A DNA stretch of 64,000 bases from Neoechinorhynchus agilis (lineage: Eukaryota > Animalia > Acanthocephala): contig CM121341.1 of assembly GCA_051530055.1 (NCBI GenBank), positions 18,826,784-18,890,783 of the forward strand, given 5' to 3'. A program made the translations under genes and the position numbers. The notes under the pieces are model-generated. The model did no database searches. It was not told the DNA's origin and saw nothing but the letters and a program-made list of their open reading frames with translations. Position 1 is the stretch's first letter; each line of letters opens with the position of its first letter. Below, in pieces: positions 23,265 through 35,274 of this stretch.

Positions 23265-24475
23265 ATGAACAATCAAAGCTGTAATATTCCTCGTTTTCTA
23301 ATACTTCCACGCGGAAACGATGTATTCACTTACCGAGTCATCCTACATGAATCTCTCACAACCGATCGAACCGGATTTGTGGGATCATCAGATTTCTTAG
23401 CGGATTTGAACTTGTGCCTGGAATTGATAGGCCGCTTTAATAATGCAATACTTAGCAGTGTTCGCTTCATAAATGAGGTTAGCATCACTAGGGAATATAT
23501 AGGCGATCTAATATCAAATTCAAAGTTAAATGACGAAATGTATTTTGATTATACCATTCGTGTGTGCGATAAAAGTCGTACTGTTACAATTGAAAAGTCA
23601 AATTCGGAGGTTGTACCCGAAAAAAATTCCGCCGACCACACTTCCCCTTACGAAAATTTTCAAAACACGGAACAAATTCCAAATGCCACAAGTAAGTTTA
23701 AAATATTCTTTAATTAAAAACTAATATAATCCTTTCAGACCACGCCCAAGAAGACATTGCAAATGAGAACCCATTTGAAGATTTGCACAGCGACCCCAGT
23801 GATGACTGGTCAGGAATGGATAGTTTTTATGACCAAACACATCGGCCCATCCCATCAAGTGATAGCGACTACGTTGTTAGCGCTGAATCTTCCACCGCTA
23901 CCGCTTGCAGTTCAAAAGATTTTTACAACAATTCAGATGGAACTTTAGAAGGAAAAATGCGGCCAGTACGAGTTCATCAAAACAAAATTGATCAAAATAT
24001 TAGATTTGAAGATAGCTGGGAAAATATGATTTCTTCGTCCGAGGAATATGATGGGAAATATATTCAAGTAACCGAGATGAAGCCAGAAGAAGAAGATGAC
24101 GCTGGATACCTAAGGCGAATAACGGCAGAAGGTGTACCGGAACCAGACGCTTTATCTAATATCAGAAGTCACCGGCGGGCACATATTTCGTGGATAAAGC
24201 TTATGAAAAAAAAGGAAGAGGAAGATAAGCATATCGACTGGTCCGAAGCTACGAAGGAATGCCGCGATTATGATTGGAGGATTTTTTTAAACAGCGGTGC
24301 TAATAGGAAAGTCGAACAACTGCAGCGTTTCGACTTTGATTGGAAAATTCTTTATGGAGACTCAGATATGCAAGAAGCAGAAGAAGCAGAAGTGGAAGAA
24401 GCAGAAAAATCATTGTCAGCAAAGAATGATAAATCTGATGACAGTGAAGAATCTCCGGTGCGGAAACAACTGTGA
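23265..24475 (+). CDS. Orphan palindrome gene, copy 2 (387 aa); exons 23265-23691, 23739-24475
   Basis: 47-bp intron 23692-23738 (GTAAGT..TTTCAG) gives a continuous frame. Confidence 0.8.
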
Positions 24476-25577
24476 TTCAAATTAAATAATGGGGTGGGCG
24501 GAACGTTGCTACAAAACCAGTAAAAATGTATAGTGTTTGTAACTTATAAGGATAAAACAAATAAATATTTGCAACTCGTATTTGAGTGCGGAAATGAGAG
24601 GATAAAGCAGTTTTGCTCATTTGTAATGTTTGTTGAAATTGTCTGTCAAATGCAAAGCATCGGAATAGAGACAAATTTATGCTGGAAGAGATAATTGCAA
24701 CATATTGCTGCACACTTTCTGAAGTGAAATGTCCAGGCTCATTGCCACATTTGGCGAATTTTATTGATCTCTTGGATTTTCATTCATTTTTTTATTTGGG
24801 GCCCTGGGCACATTAAGTATCATTACTAAAAAGTACAATGAGATGAATAATGACACCAGCGACATCATTTTTAGCAAATTGTCGGGTTGCGGTCGTTGTT
24901 TGATCCGCGGTAATCACAGAATGTTACTCGATGCGAAAATAGTTATCGTCCTGACCCACAAACTGATATAGCAACATCTAATGGCGCTAACCATAAAACA
25001 AATAAATATTTGCAACTCGTATTTGAGTACGGAAATATTTTGAACTTATTTTTATTCCTCGACACAAATATTCGGAATGATAGTGCATTTTATTGGCAAT
25101 TGAGAAATTCCAAGAATAACTCTAATAATGCCAACAACGCATAAAATCTTTGAATGATACATTTTCGTGCTTTTGCTTGATGGTCGAATGATTTTATGCA
25201 CGTTGCCGGCTTCACACGTAGGTTCGTTCATTGTTTTAGTGTTACAAATTTATGTCGGATTTTTATTTATTTCATTGTATCAAGCTATCTTAAAGTATAA
25301 ATAATTATCTAAATTCGAAGAAGATTTGTCGATACCATGCGAATAAATGCAAAGATTATTAGGAACTAAAATATTTGTCAATACTGAATCGATCGAGGAA
25401 CGTCATAAGCTCAGTGCGCAATCAATATTTATAATGTGCTTATTAATATTGCGGAAGGAAATATTTTGTCATTAAGACGTTTCGATTGCGGTTTTCTTAT
25501 CACGAGTTAGAATCTACAGTCTATCAATTTTTATTGACACTTCTTCGTTGGAAGTTAAACTTTCTTTTTGAGAGTTA

Positions 25578-26915
25578 CTTTTTTTTAAAGAAAGATAAAT
25601 ATTTTAACAATTCAAACAATCTGTTTGAAGCACACTCCCCACATCCCGCCAAATTCCAGCTTTTGTCTTTCCTCGACCGTCGCCATCACGCTGGCAGTAT
25701 TGCCCCGTTGTACTGCCAGCGAGATATTTTGTCGAAGGAATACGCCTGCTCTTGAATCTCCGGTTGCCTCTCTCAATATCTTGGAGAGATCCTGGAGCAG
25801 AGAGAGTGCCGTGCTGCCGAGAGCTCCATACGTCTCTACCCCAAAGGGGACAAAATAGTGAGCCCTCGATAACTGAATATATTTCCGTATTTTCCTCCCT
25901 TCCGCTGTACTGGCGGCACCACCGGCGATTTCGAGGGAGTAGGGGATGTTGCTGGCTGCGAGGGCGTTCACACACGTGGCGTCCCAGAGAAGGCATTTGC
26001 CCTCCCGCCACGGGAAGACCGAAATTCCATCGGGCCTACGGCCGTCTAGTCGACAAAGGTGGGCGGGTTCCAGGATGTTCGGGAAGTTCGCCGTTCTCAA
26101 CGCCCGAGAAATTGCGTTATTGATTTCAGAATGACGTGAGAACCTTCCTCCTGACCTTCTGCAGACGAGACCGTGTCGCCCGAAAGCATCAACCAAAGAC
26201 CCACATCGACAGCGACGGGGCGTGCATATCGGGAGACCAAGTCTTAAGGATACTGCGATCCTCGTTACCTCATCAGTAAGAAGAGTTCCCACTGATGCCA
26301 GAGGAACAGCCTCCAACCACGCCCCAGATTCTCGTGTTGAAACTGCCAACTGTCTAGCTCGGACGACCCCATCGCGAGAACCGGAAAGTAGAGAGCTGTG
26401 AGCTCTCGCGACAAGAGTTCCGTCCCAGATCGACTGTCTGAGGCCATTCACGGGAACATGGTTAGCGCCTGTCTGCTGGCACCATTCCTCAACCGCCACC
26501 ACGAAATTCCGGTCAAGACAGAACTTTTCCTTCAAAATTTTCTTCGATACTGGTAGGCTCCCCTCAAACGATCCAAGAAAGGCCGGCAAAGCAAGGTCCA
26601 CTAGTGCCCGAATTCCCAATGCCCCAGATGACACAGGCAAAGAAGCTTGTCGCCACGCCCCATCCGAGAGCTGGACATTTAAAATACGCTCGAAGCAAGC
26701 CCCCACCTATCGTCCAGCTTTGCCAATCCTTTTTTGTGCTTGAAAAATGTTGCTGTGCGAACCTTGTACAATAATTTGGGGATGAAGAGCGCGTTCTTTA
26801 TGAGAAACAAGGTTTCATGAGCCGAGAGGGCGCACACCCTATCGCACAGCAACGAAAGTTTCGGTATGATATGGCCGATCTCATCTTCCACATTTGAATC
26901 GAAGACGCAACTAAG
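25578..26915 (-). mobile_element. CRE-like RLE retrotransposon family A, 5'-truncated
   Basis: CRCG..HGLVC..RHSEIN zinc motif, RPDGISVFPW..WDATC, VETYG restriction-like endonuclease; short poly(A) at about 25578-25586. Confidence 0.92.
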
Positions 26916-28015
26916 TCCTGGGGATTTTAGACTCATATCTATTCAAACCCCGTTAATTTCGATTATTGAGAAAGTTCTTAATAAAAAACTTATGACTTTT
27001 TTAGTTAACAAAAATCTTATCCCACCTAATTTTCATGGGTTTGTCCTGGGTAAGGTTAACTCTTTGTTAAACGAATTGCAAAGTTTTAATGATCAAACCA
27101 TTGGAGCAAATAAAGTCCTTGTTCAACTAGAAATTAACAAGGCATTTGACGCGATTAATCGCACTTTTATTTATGAGGCTATGGATGGCTTAAGAATCCC
27201 TAAAAAACTTAAAAAACTAACCCAATTTTTATTTGAATCAAAATCGTATTTTATTGGATAATTTTTTACTCGAAATATGGTGTGCCTCAAGGCTTCCCTA
27301 TTTCGCCTACTCTTTTCCTTATAGGAATGATTAAAATTTTAAAACAATTAAACAAGAAATATTGTAAATATTGGGCCTATGCGGATGATTCATTTTCCTT
27401 AATTTTCAATAAAAAAAAGGGAAAAGCTTATTAATCTTATTGGAGATCTTCTTATTAACTTAGATTGCATTTTAAAGAGAGCAAATCTCGCTGTAAATAG
27501 ACAAAACATTAATTATCCCCTTAACAAAGACGCCGAGTGTGAGAGCAAAACTCACTATGCTACTATGCGAAAATGATTTAACCAATGCTTGCTCTATTAA
27601 AAAACTGTTCCAAGGTCTTAGGGATTAACTTTCCGGCTAGCAACAAAAGAACGATTCTAAACTCCAACCTGGCCTCCTTTTTTATAAAAATCAAAAGACT
27701 GTGCTGGAGATTAATTAGACTTAACATTCCACATTTAAACAATCTACCTATTTTTAAAACCCTTTTGGGCGGTTCTTTCTGTTTTTTTGGCACCACCGGA
27801 CCTTAGACTCACTTTTGCCAAATTTTTTTATTAAAAAAGTAAATAATATCTTTAGTGACAAAGGTAGAACCATTTGTAATAAAACTTTTAGTGTGAACGA
27901 GCGATTGGAGTCTTTCCTATGGAAGACTTTTTTAACCAAAATTTTCATGTATGATAGTGTTAATAAAGAATGTTTTATCAATGCCAGCTGGCAAGATATA
28001 CGAATGGTGAATTAG
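26915..28015 (+). mobile_element. Decayed LINE RT fragment (related to the 35275 family)
   Basis: FRLISIQTP, FHGF, LEINKAFDAI, YGVPQGFPISP, YADD in shifted frames. Confidence 0.8.
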
Positions 28016-28529
28016 AGATGGAGCAATGATCAAGAAGTTAAGTATCTCGGATACTAAATCGATTTTAGAGGTAATCCCCAAAATGAATTCATACGATATT
28101 AAAAAAATCTTTTACAAAACAAGGACACAGAAGAAGGACAGTCATATGAGCCGTTTGTTATTCTATATTTTCGTTATCTATGCATTCCCATATTATTCAT
28201 AATTTGTATATCCCAAACCTTTTGTTATTTGGCCGTTACCATGCAGTCAAAATCTGGGGAGGGATATCCCGATTCTTATAAGACTGCAGAGCGTGCCGGA
28301 ATATCTCGCGGAAGATATTCCTTTTGTTATATCATTATTTTGTTACTTGATCTTGGTCTCTTCGGCTCCGAGATCAGCCAAACGGAAGAGTCAAGAATAT
28401 TTGCAAGGAGAACAAGATGGGATCACTTGGAATACAACTCTTTGTTGCTTTGAGCGAATTTGTATGCTGCGTACTTAAAATAAAAATAAACATAGTGTGG
28501 GATATTATTCGGATCGGTAATTTTTGCAT

Positions 28530-28850
28530 TCGGCCGGATTTCCCTTCCTGTTCCATATAAGTACAGTCGTGCTAATTTGCCACTCAATCGGATATCTTTC
28601 CACCTCTATCACTTTATTGAAAAAGGCTACAAGCCACGTGGCTGGGTTCCAGCATTTAGACTTCCAAAACTCGGCAGCTATGTTGCCTTGACCTGTTGAT
28701 TTGTCGCCCTTCATTGTTTTGATGGCCTGTTCAACTTCAGCTGTATCGATGCATAGAATAGGCCCGTCGATTGGTGATGCCGACTCAATTGGTGGGTGCG
28801 GAAACTCCTCGGTCGAAATTTCCTCAAAATAGCGTATTCTTGGTTTTAAA
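28530..28850 (-). mobile_element. RTE family B internal fragment
   Basis: YFEEISTEEFPHPPI..EVEQAIKTMK..WQISTTVLIWNRKGNPAECKNYR, the N-terminal part of an RTE RT. Confidence 0.85.
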
Positions 28851-29599
28851 AAGAATACAGCTAAATTGCACATCGCGATTAGATCATTAAGATCTTATCT
28901 TATATAGTTATCTTTTAAGTTCAAGCGTCATCTTATTTGAGGCTCACTACTCCTAAGTATTTTTTGCGAGGCGCTCGAAATTAATGCAGTCGTTAAAGGC
29001 ATAATATTGTCTGTAAAAAGGCGGAACAAAAAGTATTGAGGAATCAGTTCGATAATTCAAGTTGCTTGTCCCTTCCAAAAGCTTTATTCAACATTATCTT
29101 CAGATATTGCATGTGATGATGAATCCTTTTGTTCTTGTCGCATGCATAGATCTCGTCGAATACCATTGAAAGAAGGTACCACTAATACAAACGAGCTTTA
29201 ACTAGCAATCTGTATATGGGTTATAAGTATAATATGCCGATCTTTATTGAACTATTGAAGGTTATGCTTCTCACGATTCATCGGTACACTAAATGATTCG
29301 TTTCTGAATTATTCAAATATCATCATTTGTCGGATGTCTTAATGATTGTTAATCCATTTAATGAAATCGGGATGTCGGGATCAATATTCAGTTCAGAACG
29401 GCGATCACGTTTCTTAAATGCCTTCTGACCTTGAATTTATAACCAATCTACTTACTGCGAACAAAACTCTTCATAGAGTATGCACAGTGCACCCGTTCAT
29501 AAAGAATCTAATTTTTATCTTTTCATTTTCGAGATTAAAACCCAATCAATCACGGTCGTTAAATGATGAGGGGCACATGCGTCATCACGTTAAACCATT

Positions 29600-30475
29600 T
29601 TGACACTCAAATCTTTTTATGGCAGCGCTAGATGTAAAAGGGTTACCCATATTACAGGGAGTCACATCATGGCTCTCGCAGACCGGTCTGCAACAAGCTC
29701 CAACCAACGCGCACGAACAATCTGCTTGGGATAAACCCTTAATCCTGACGGCTCACAACAAACTAAAAGGCCAGATGGACGAGATGTCTCAAGCTAGACT
29801 TGTGGCCAGTTCCTCGAATGAGTCAGGCGCATGGTTGAACGTTTTGCCAATTGGTATTTTGGGAACTTTGCTGGACGACGAGACAGTTCGAATAGCCGTC
29901 GCTCTACGTTTAGGACTTCCAACCTGTGCCCCACACCAGTGCCGATGTGGAATAAAAGTTGACGTGCTCGGGAGACATGGACTCTACGGCAAGAGATCGA
30001 GCGGTCGTTTCCCAAGGCACGCAGAGCTCAACGCGATCATTAGCAGAGCTCTGAACTCGATACACGTTCCAACCATCCTGGAGCCCAATCACCTCTGTCG
30101 CTCGGATGGTAAGCGTCCCGACGGTATAACCGTTTTCCCTTGGAAAGAAGGGAAGAGTCTAATTTGGGACGCAACATGCGTGGACTCACTCGCCATGTCC
30201 AACCGGCAAGATGCTTTAGCGGAGACGGGAGGAGCAGCGAGTGCCGCCGAAAGGAGGAAAGCGGAGAAATACAATGAGCTGAAACAAAATTACATTTTCC
30301 TTCCTTTCGGCGAGGAGACACAAGGGGCGCTGGGATCTTCGGCACGAAGCTTTTGTGCCGAACTCGGAAGACGACTTGCAGCAGAAACAGGGGAGCGACG
30401 CGAGAGGATTTTCCTGATACAAAGAATAAGCCTCGCAATCCAACGAGGAAATGCGGTCAGCGTCCGGGGGGACGA
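29600..30475 (+). mobile_element. CRE-like RLE retrotransposon family B, 3' part
   Basis: ESGAWL, CRCG..HGL, RPDGITVFPW..WDATCVD, QRISLAIQRGNA. Confidence 0.9.
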
Positions 30476-31659
30476 TTTAATCATTCAATCAATATTTCCG
30501 CGAGTATCACGGTTTTTCGATTTCGATTATCCACTTGAATACGAGTAAAACAGTATAGATCACATTAAAACGCAATTAACGTCGATGAATCGTTTTTTAA
30601 CTCATGTAGCGCGCGATTTGCATTCATAAAAGTAAACTATAATGCATTATTTGATTTAGAAGACATTAAGCGATTTTCTACCAGTTGATGTTGCCGTGCG
30701 AGTTTATAATTCTTAATCGCTGGTCATTGTTGTCCTAAATTCGCCTTCGTATTACTTTGACGCCTAAATTTTCCGATTATGAATTTTTAAATCAAAAGTT
30801 ACCAATTTGTAAATGTTCCAATGGTCGTGTACACTAGTTTCCTCTCGTGCGACGCTCCAAAATACCAATGAAAAATGCAAGGGTTCGATACCTCCGGCGT
30901 TGAAATTTTGAAATAACCAGAATTAACCATGCAATGGTCGCAAACACGCCGTTGACTTATAATTCTGGGAAACAAGAAATTATCCACCCAGTCAAACAAA
31001 AAGGGAGGATAGTACAATCTTCAAAGACTCGCCAATCCAGCAGCCTTTTTAAGGGAAAGACACTGATGTCCAGAGTTTCGCGCCAGCGATCTCTTAGTTG
31101 CGCTTTACAAATTATTTTTGCCGTGTAATTAACGCATTTTGCATCAATAAAGCATAAATAAAAGACACTTTTATATACGTATCCTTATTTAGTGCTTCAA
31201 GAGACGAGTTGATTTGAGGCTCAATGCGAAAAACTCCTTGTATCCTCCTTAAAGTTTTTGAATTCGGAAAACTGGCCATTTGAGCTAAGCGCATAACGTA
31301 GTTATTTCAGTTTCAAATGAAAAATGCGCGTTTTCATGCGTGCTGAGAATGAAAAGTGGACTAAATTTGTCTCATTCCCGCGTTCAAAGCCTGAGAACAT
31401 TTCAGTTGCAACCAGCATTCATAGTCCAAAAGTGCATCGAAATAAGTGCAACAATAATGTTGCTTTTGAACTTTCTAAGACCGAACGATACGCGATTGCT
31501 CCTGGCCTTATTAGATTTTCTTAAGTTGAGCTCTACTGTATAATTATGAATTTTCGAAACAGCTAGTGTTTTCTTTAAAAAAAATGCGGGACAGTTTGAG
31601 ACATAAAGGTTCATTTTGTGTCTACCGATAAGCTATTTTCACGTTGATCCAAAATTGCG

Positions 31660-32457
31660 ATGTCAAAGACTGTGAAGATGTTGAAATTAAATCTAGAGCT
31701 TTTTTGCTCTAACATCTCTTTTGACATTTTTTTCACCTTGAGTAATGTAAGCAAAACAACTTTGTGTCACTTGTCTCGAACCTCCATTATACACTTTAGT
31801 AGCAAGGGTAACGGCAGAAAATCCGTCTCGTTAGATTTTATCACGTTTCTCATTGTGCTGGCCATCTACAATGTGCTCCATACGAGACGTACTCGAATCC
31901 GCATTTGGCTTTGTGATACTCTTAGTAGGTCTAGAAGCAGTGAGCAGAATCTCTCTTAGTCTTATTTTACTAACAACTCGATTCGTACCTGAGATTTTCA
32001 AGATTTTCTGTACATCATCCAACGAGCTATTTGATTTGACTACTAAGCTGAACAACGTAATCGGATCTATATCACTAGTTTGTGGACTGTTGCTCATTAC
32101 TGGACTGGTCTTAGGATGGTACGCGTTTTCGAAAGCTACTCCGATCGCATAAAGCAGCGACTATTGCTAGTTCTAGAGCAGTAGTTGATGCATTACCATC
32201 TTTTTACTGCATCCCTAATGCTTTGCTGTGCGTTCGATATGGCCACCCTTGCCACGATCTCGATCAAGACAAAATCGTATATAGAATCCGTTGATAGTAA
32301 CGACAATTCGCACACATTGGCAGCGTTCAATATCTTCCTTGGTATGGTAACAGTACTACTTCTTCTTATCCGGTTCATGAAAGTGACGATTTGTTACTTT
32401 GATTTTACACTCGATGAAGGAATGTGTCCTTCTCCGCCACCTCCTTATGTTCCATGA
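31660..32457 (+). CDS. Putative multi-pass membrane protein ending in PPPPYVP; tentative exons 31660-31747, 31834-32106, 32185-32457
   Basis: Several hydrophobic stretches; a GTAAGC donor and AG acceptors join the ORFs in frame; the second donor is weak. Confidence 0.4.
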
Positions 32458-32752
32458 CTAAAAATAAAGCAGGAGAGTTTGAGTTAAAGAATCGACCAAT
32501 GCGATGGGGATTTCACACTTTATACAATCTAAATCTACAAATTCAATCAGAGCAAAAAAAATACCACGACATAAATATGATTTTCCGAGTTTAAAAATTT
32601 AACACGGGGCGCGATACGGCTAAAATGTATTTTACCCGCGCCGTTAGCCGAATTTCTTATTGACCCTTATTAGTATAGTGTTTTAATCCATGAGGTGCCC
32701 TGTTGCCATAGCGATTCAACCCCACTAAGTAATTTTTTTACGATTCGGCGAA

Positions 32753-33385
32753 ATGAATTTGGAAACAGAAAGTGTAGACAAAGAACCATTGATTGTTGAA
32801 GATTCAAGTGCAAAAGTGAATGAAGTAGAAGCGAAACATTACGCAAGCCTTAAAAATAACGCTGCATCAACTTATAGGGAGTCTGACCGGGGATACAAAC
32901 AATCCGAAGAGAATGGGCCAAAAGTTTCAAGACAAAGTAACATAAAAAAGTTTATGCGATACAACCTTCCATCGGATCCTATTAAACTATATAAAATGGA
33001 GATCATTATTTCTAAGTATATGACGGATATGGATGTTGAGAATGCCCGTATAGTAATGGAAACGGTATTGTGCGCTTTAAATAAGTTGAACGATGATAAA
33101 TTAGTGCGAAAAGCGACTACATTGACGCCAGAGGAGAAATCAGGCAATATTGAAAAAATAATCATAATCAATCGTCCGTATTCAGAACTGGCATTAACCA
33201 TAAAGACGACACTTGAGACTTCAACTGCTCTAACGAAACTAATGGACGATTCGGGCTATAGTTTCAATGCATCCGGTTGGAATGTATTCGTCGGAACTGG
33301 ATTATCCGGTTTATTCCTGCATGCCTACTCGACTTTCATATGGTTCGAACACGAACAACTTGAGATTTTGATTTTTAGGATTTAA
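32753..33385 (+). CDS. Divergent dynein light chain (LC8-like) protein with N-terminal extension
   Basis: LALTIKTTLE...GWNVFVGTGLSGLFLH..FIWFEHEQLEILIFR parallels the LC8 pattern IAxxIKKEFD..WHCIVGRNFGSYVTH..FIYF..VAILLFK. Confidence 0.7.
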   Translation: MNLETESVDKEPLIVEDSSAKVNEVEAKHYASLKNNAASTYRESDRGYKQSEENGPKVSRQSNIKKFMRYNLPSDPIKLYKMEIIISKYMTDMDVENARIVMETVLCALNKLNDDKLVRKATTLTPEEKSGNIEKIIIINRPYSELALTIKTTLETSTALTKLMDDSGYSFNASGWNVFVGTGLSGLFLHAYSTFIWFEHEQLEILIFRI

Positions 33386-35274
33386 CGCAATAGTAGTTTT
33401 TTTTTTGTGTAAAATGCAATTAAAATCTTATGCAAAACTGAAAGCATAACAGCCGTCGTCGTTACGCAATCTCGAAATCCGAGAACTTGTTCCAAGATGG
33501 CCTTAATTTAGCAAGTGTCCATGTTGAAAGTCTTGGAAAATTCGCAAATGCCGTTTTCAGTTCAGGTCACGGATGGGTCCAAGTCCATTCCATGGCGGGA
33601 AGGTGACGACAATAAGATCCATCCCTTATTTCATTACCGGGTAGGTGTATTGGCTACATTCTGACTCCTGGTTCCCCGGTTTGAAAGTGACATATTTTTA
33701 AATGCTTTTTGTAGATTTTCGAGAAGAGAACGAAGCAGAGCCAAAAGGGTGTCTTTGCGAAAATAAATTTTTATTATCGTTAATGCGTCCCAAATTAATG
33801 GTCGGTTTAAGAATCCGAAATCTTTTTAAGACTCACTAATCGCATTTTTCGACTTCTCCAACATTATAATAATGAACACCTATCGAGACAAGGGGATAGT
33901 GCTTTTTTCTAAATCATCCGACGAACGGATGATTTAGAAAAAAGCAGTGTTAGTTAACGATATCGCCTTTGAAGAACTAATTCCTTGCGGTGCCCTATTG
34001 ACGTTTGTGCCATCTCGCCGACCTCATGTTTAAAATCGACTTTTATAAAATTTTCGTTATAATGAATGGTAAGCACCGCTTGAGAATCTAAGTGAGCATT
34101 TAAAGAAAACTGCAGTTAAATGCATGCGGATTTTCCACCTTGCAACCGAACTTCATGTTTATTTTCCATCTCAGTTTTTTCTTCAATATTAAAAATACAG
34201 CATATCTCCCATGATGAACATTGGATAAAGACTGTCAATATTTCGTTAAAGCCTAAGGATCTATTTCTCGAAAGGCGGTTTTTTGCGGTGATCGAATATA
34301 ATAAAATTAAATTGACAATGCTTAATTAACTTAAAAAAGAGTTTGATTTCAATTAATGCCAGTTAATCGGCCTTGCACTAATCGTTAGATCGATAAATAA
34401 AGATAAAATCCATGAGTATATAGAAGTGGGGAAAAATTATATATCAAAGAATTACACCAACTGACACATTTGAAACTTACAAGCAATAATTAACCTAAGA
34501 AGTCCACTGTGATTGGACGAAATATTTCAATTAAAGTGATTCTTCGGTAGATCGATAAATATTAGATTATCGATTTTGGGCGTCGATCGTGATCCTGCGT
34601 TTCACATAATAATTCCTAAAATATTCTTTGAGATCGGAAAATTTTTAACAAGCTTATCAACTCTACTAATGATGCCCGCCGGAAAATTCTATCACTCTAC
34701 TAAAATTGTGAATCGTTAGACACACTTTTACAGCGAATCTTTCACCCAGATTTGACTTGAAAAGAATGAAAAAATGCTTAAATTAGGTATCAAAAAAAGC
34801 AAGACGAGCTACAAATCTTAGAATAATCTCAACACAACCGCAGGCTCTTTGGAAGAGCTACTAGTATTTGTCTCAAGATGTCGCTCCCAGAACAATAGAC
34901 TGTTTTTGTATACTCTTTCCACCAAGACCTAGATTTCTTGGCGTTTCCATGGGCCGGAGAGTTGAGGAGTTTCTGTGCTTCCCGTATTGAACGTTGGATT
35001 TCATGATTTTGTTAAGCTTCCATCTACATGTTTAACGTGATATATAAATCTTCTTGTTATTTTTGTATAAAAGCCAACAAAATTTTTTATTTACTTCTGC
35101 TTTATTTTACCTTTACTCACCTACGGTTATATATAACACGTTTATTGAAAATACAAAGAAAAGTTTAAGAGGAGCCATGTACCTTTGGGTCCTCGTCCGT
35201 TAATATGTACATATGCAAAATAAAATCAATACACACTAATCTATGAACGAGTTGTTGTTGAATGTTGTTACGGC

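Larger units (their letters stand above)
20181..24990. repeat. Palindrome 1 (arms about 20181-22258 and 22735-24990; spacer about 475 bp)
   Basis: Reverse-complement identity of arms, including both gene copies; the left arm has an internal deletion at about 20300. Confidence 0.92.

Noticed and set aside
24433-24470. CTGATGA...GAAAC at the end of the orphan gene, resembling a hammerhead
   Set aside because: The intervening sequence cannot form stem II; it is coding sequence (SDDSEESPVRKQ).
30799-31294. Possible minus-strand multi-exon gene
   Set aside because: Protein-like fragments could not be joined with consistent GT-AG phases and show no recognisable domain.
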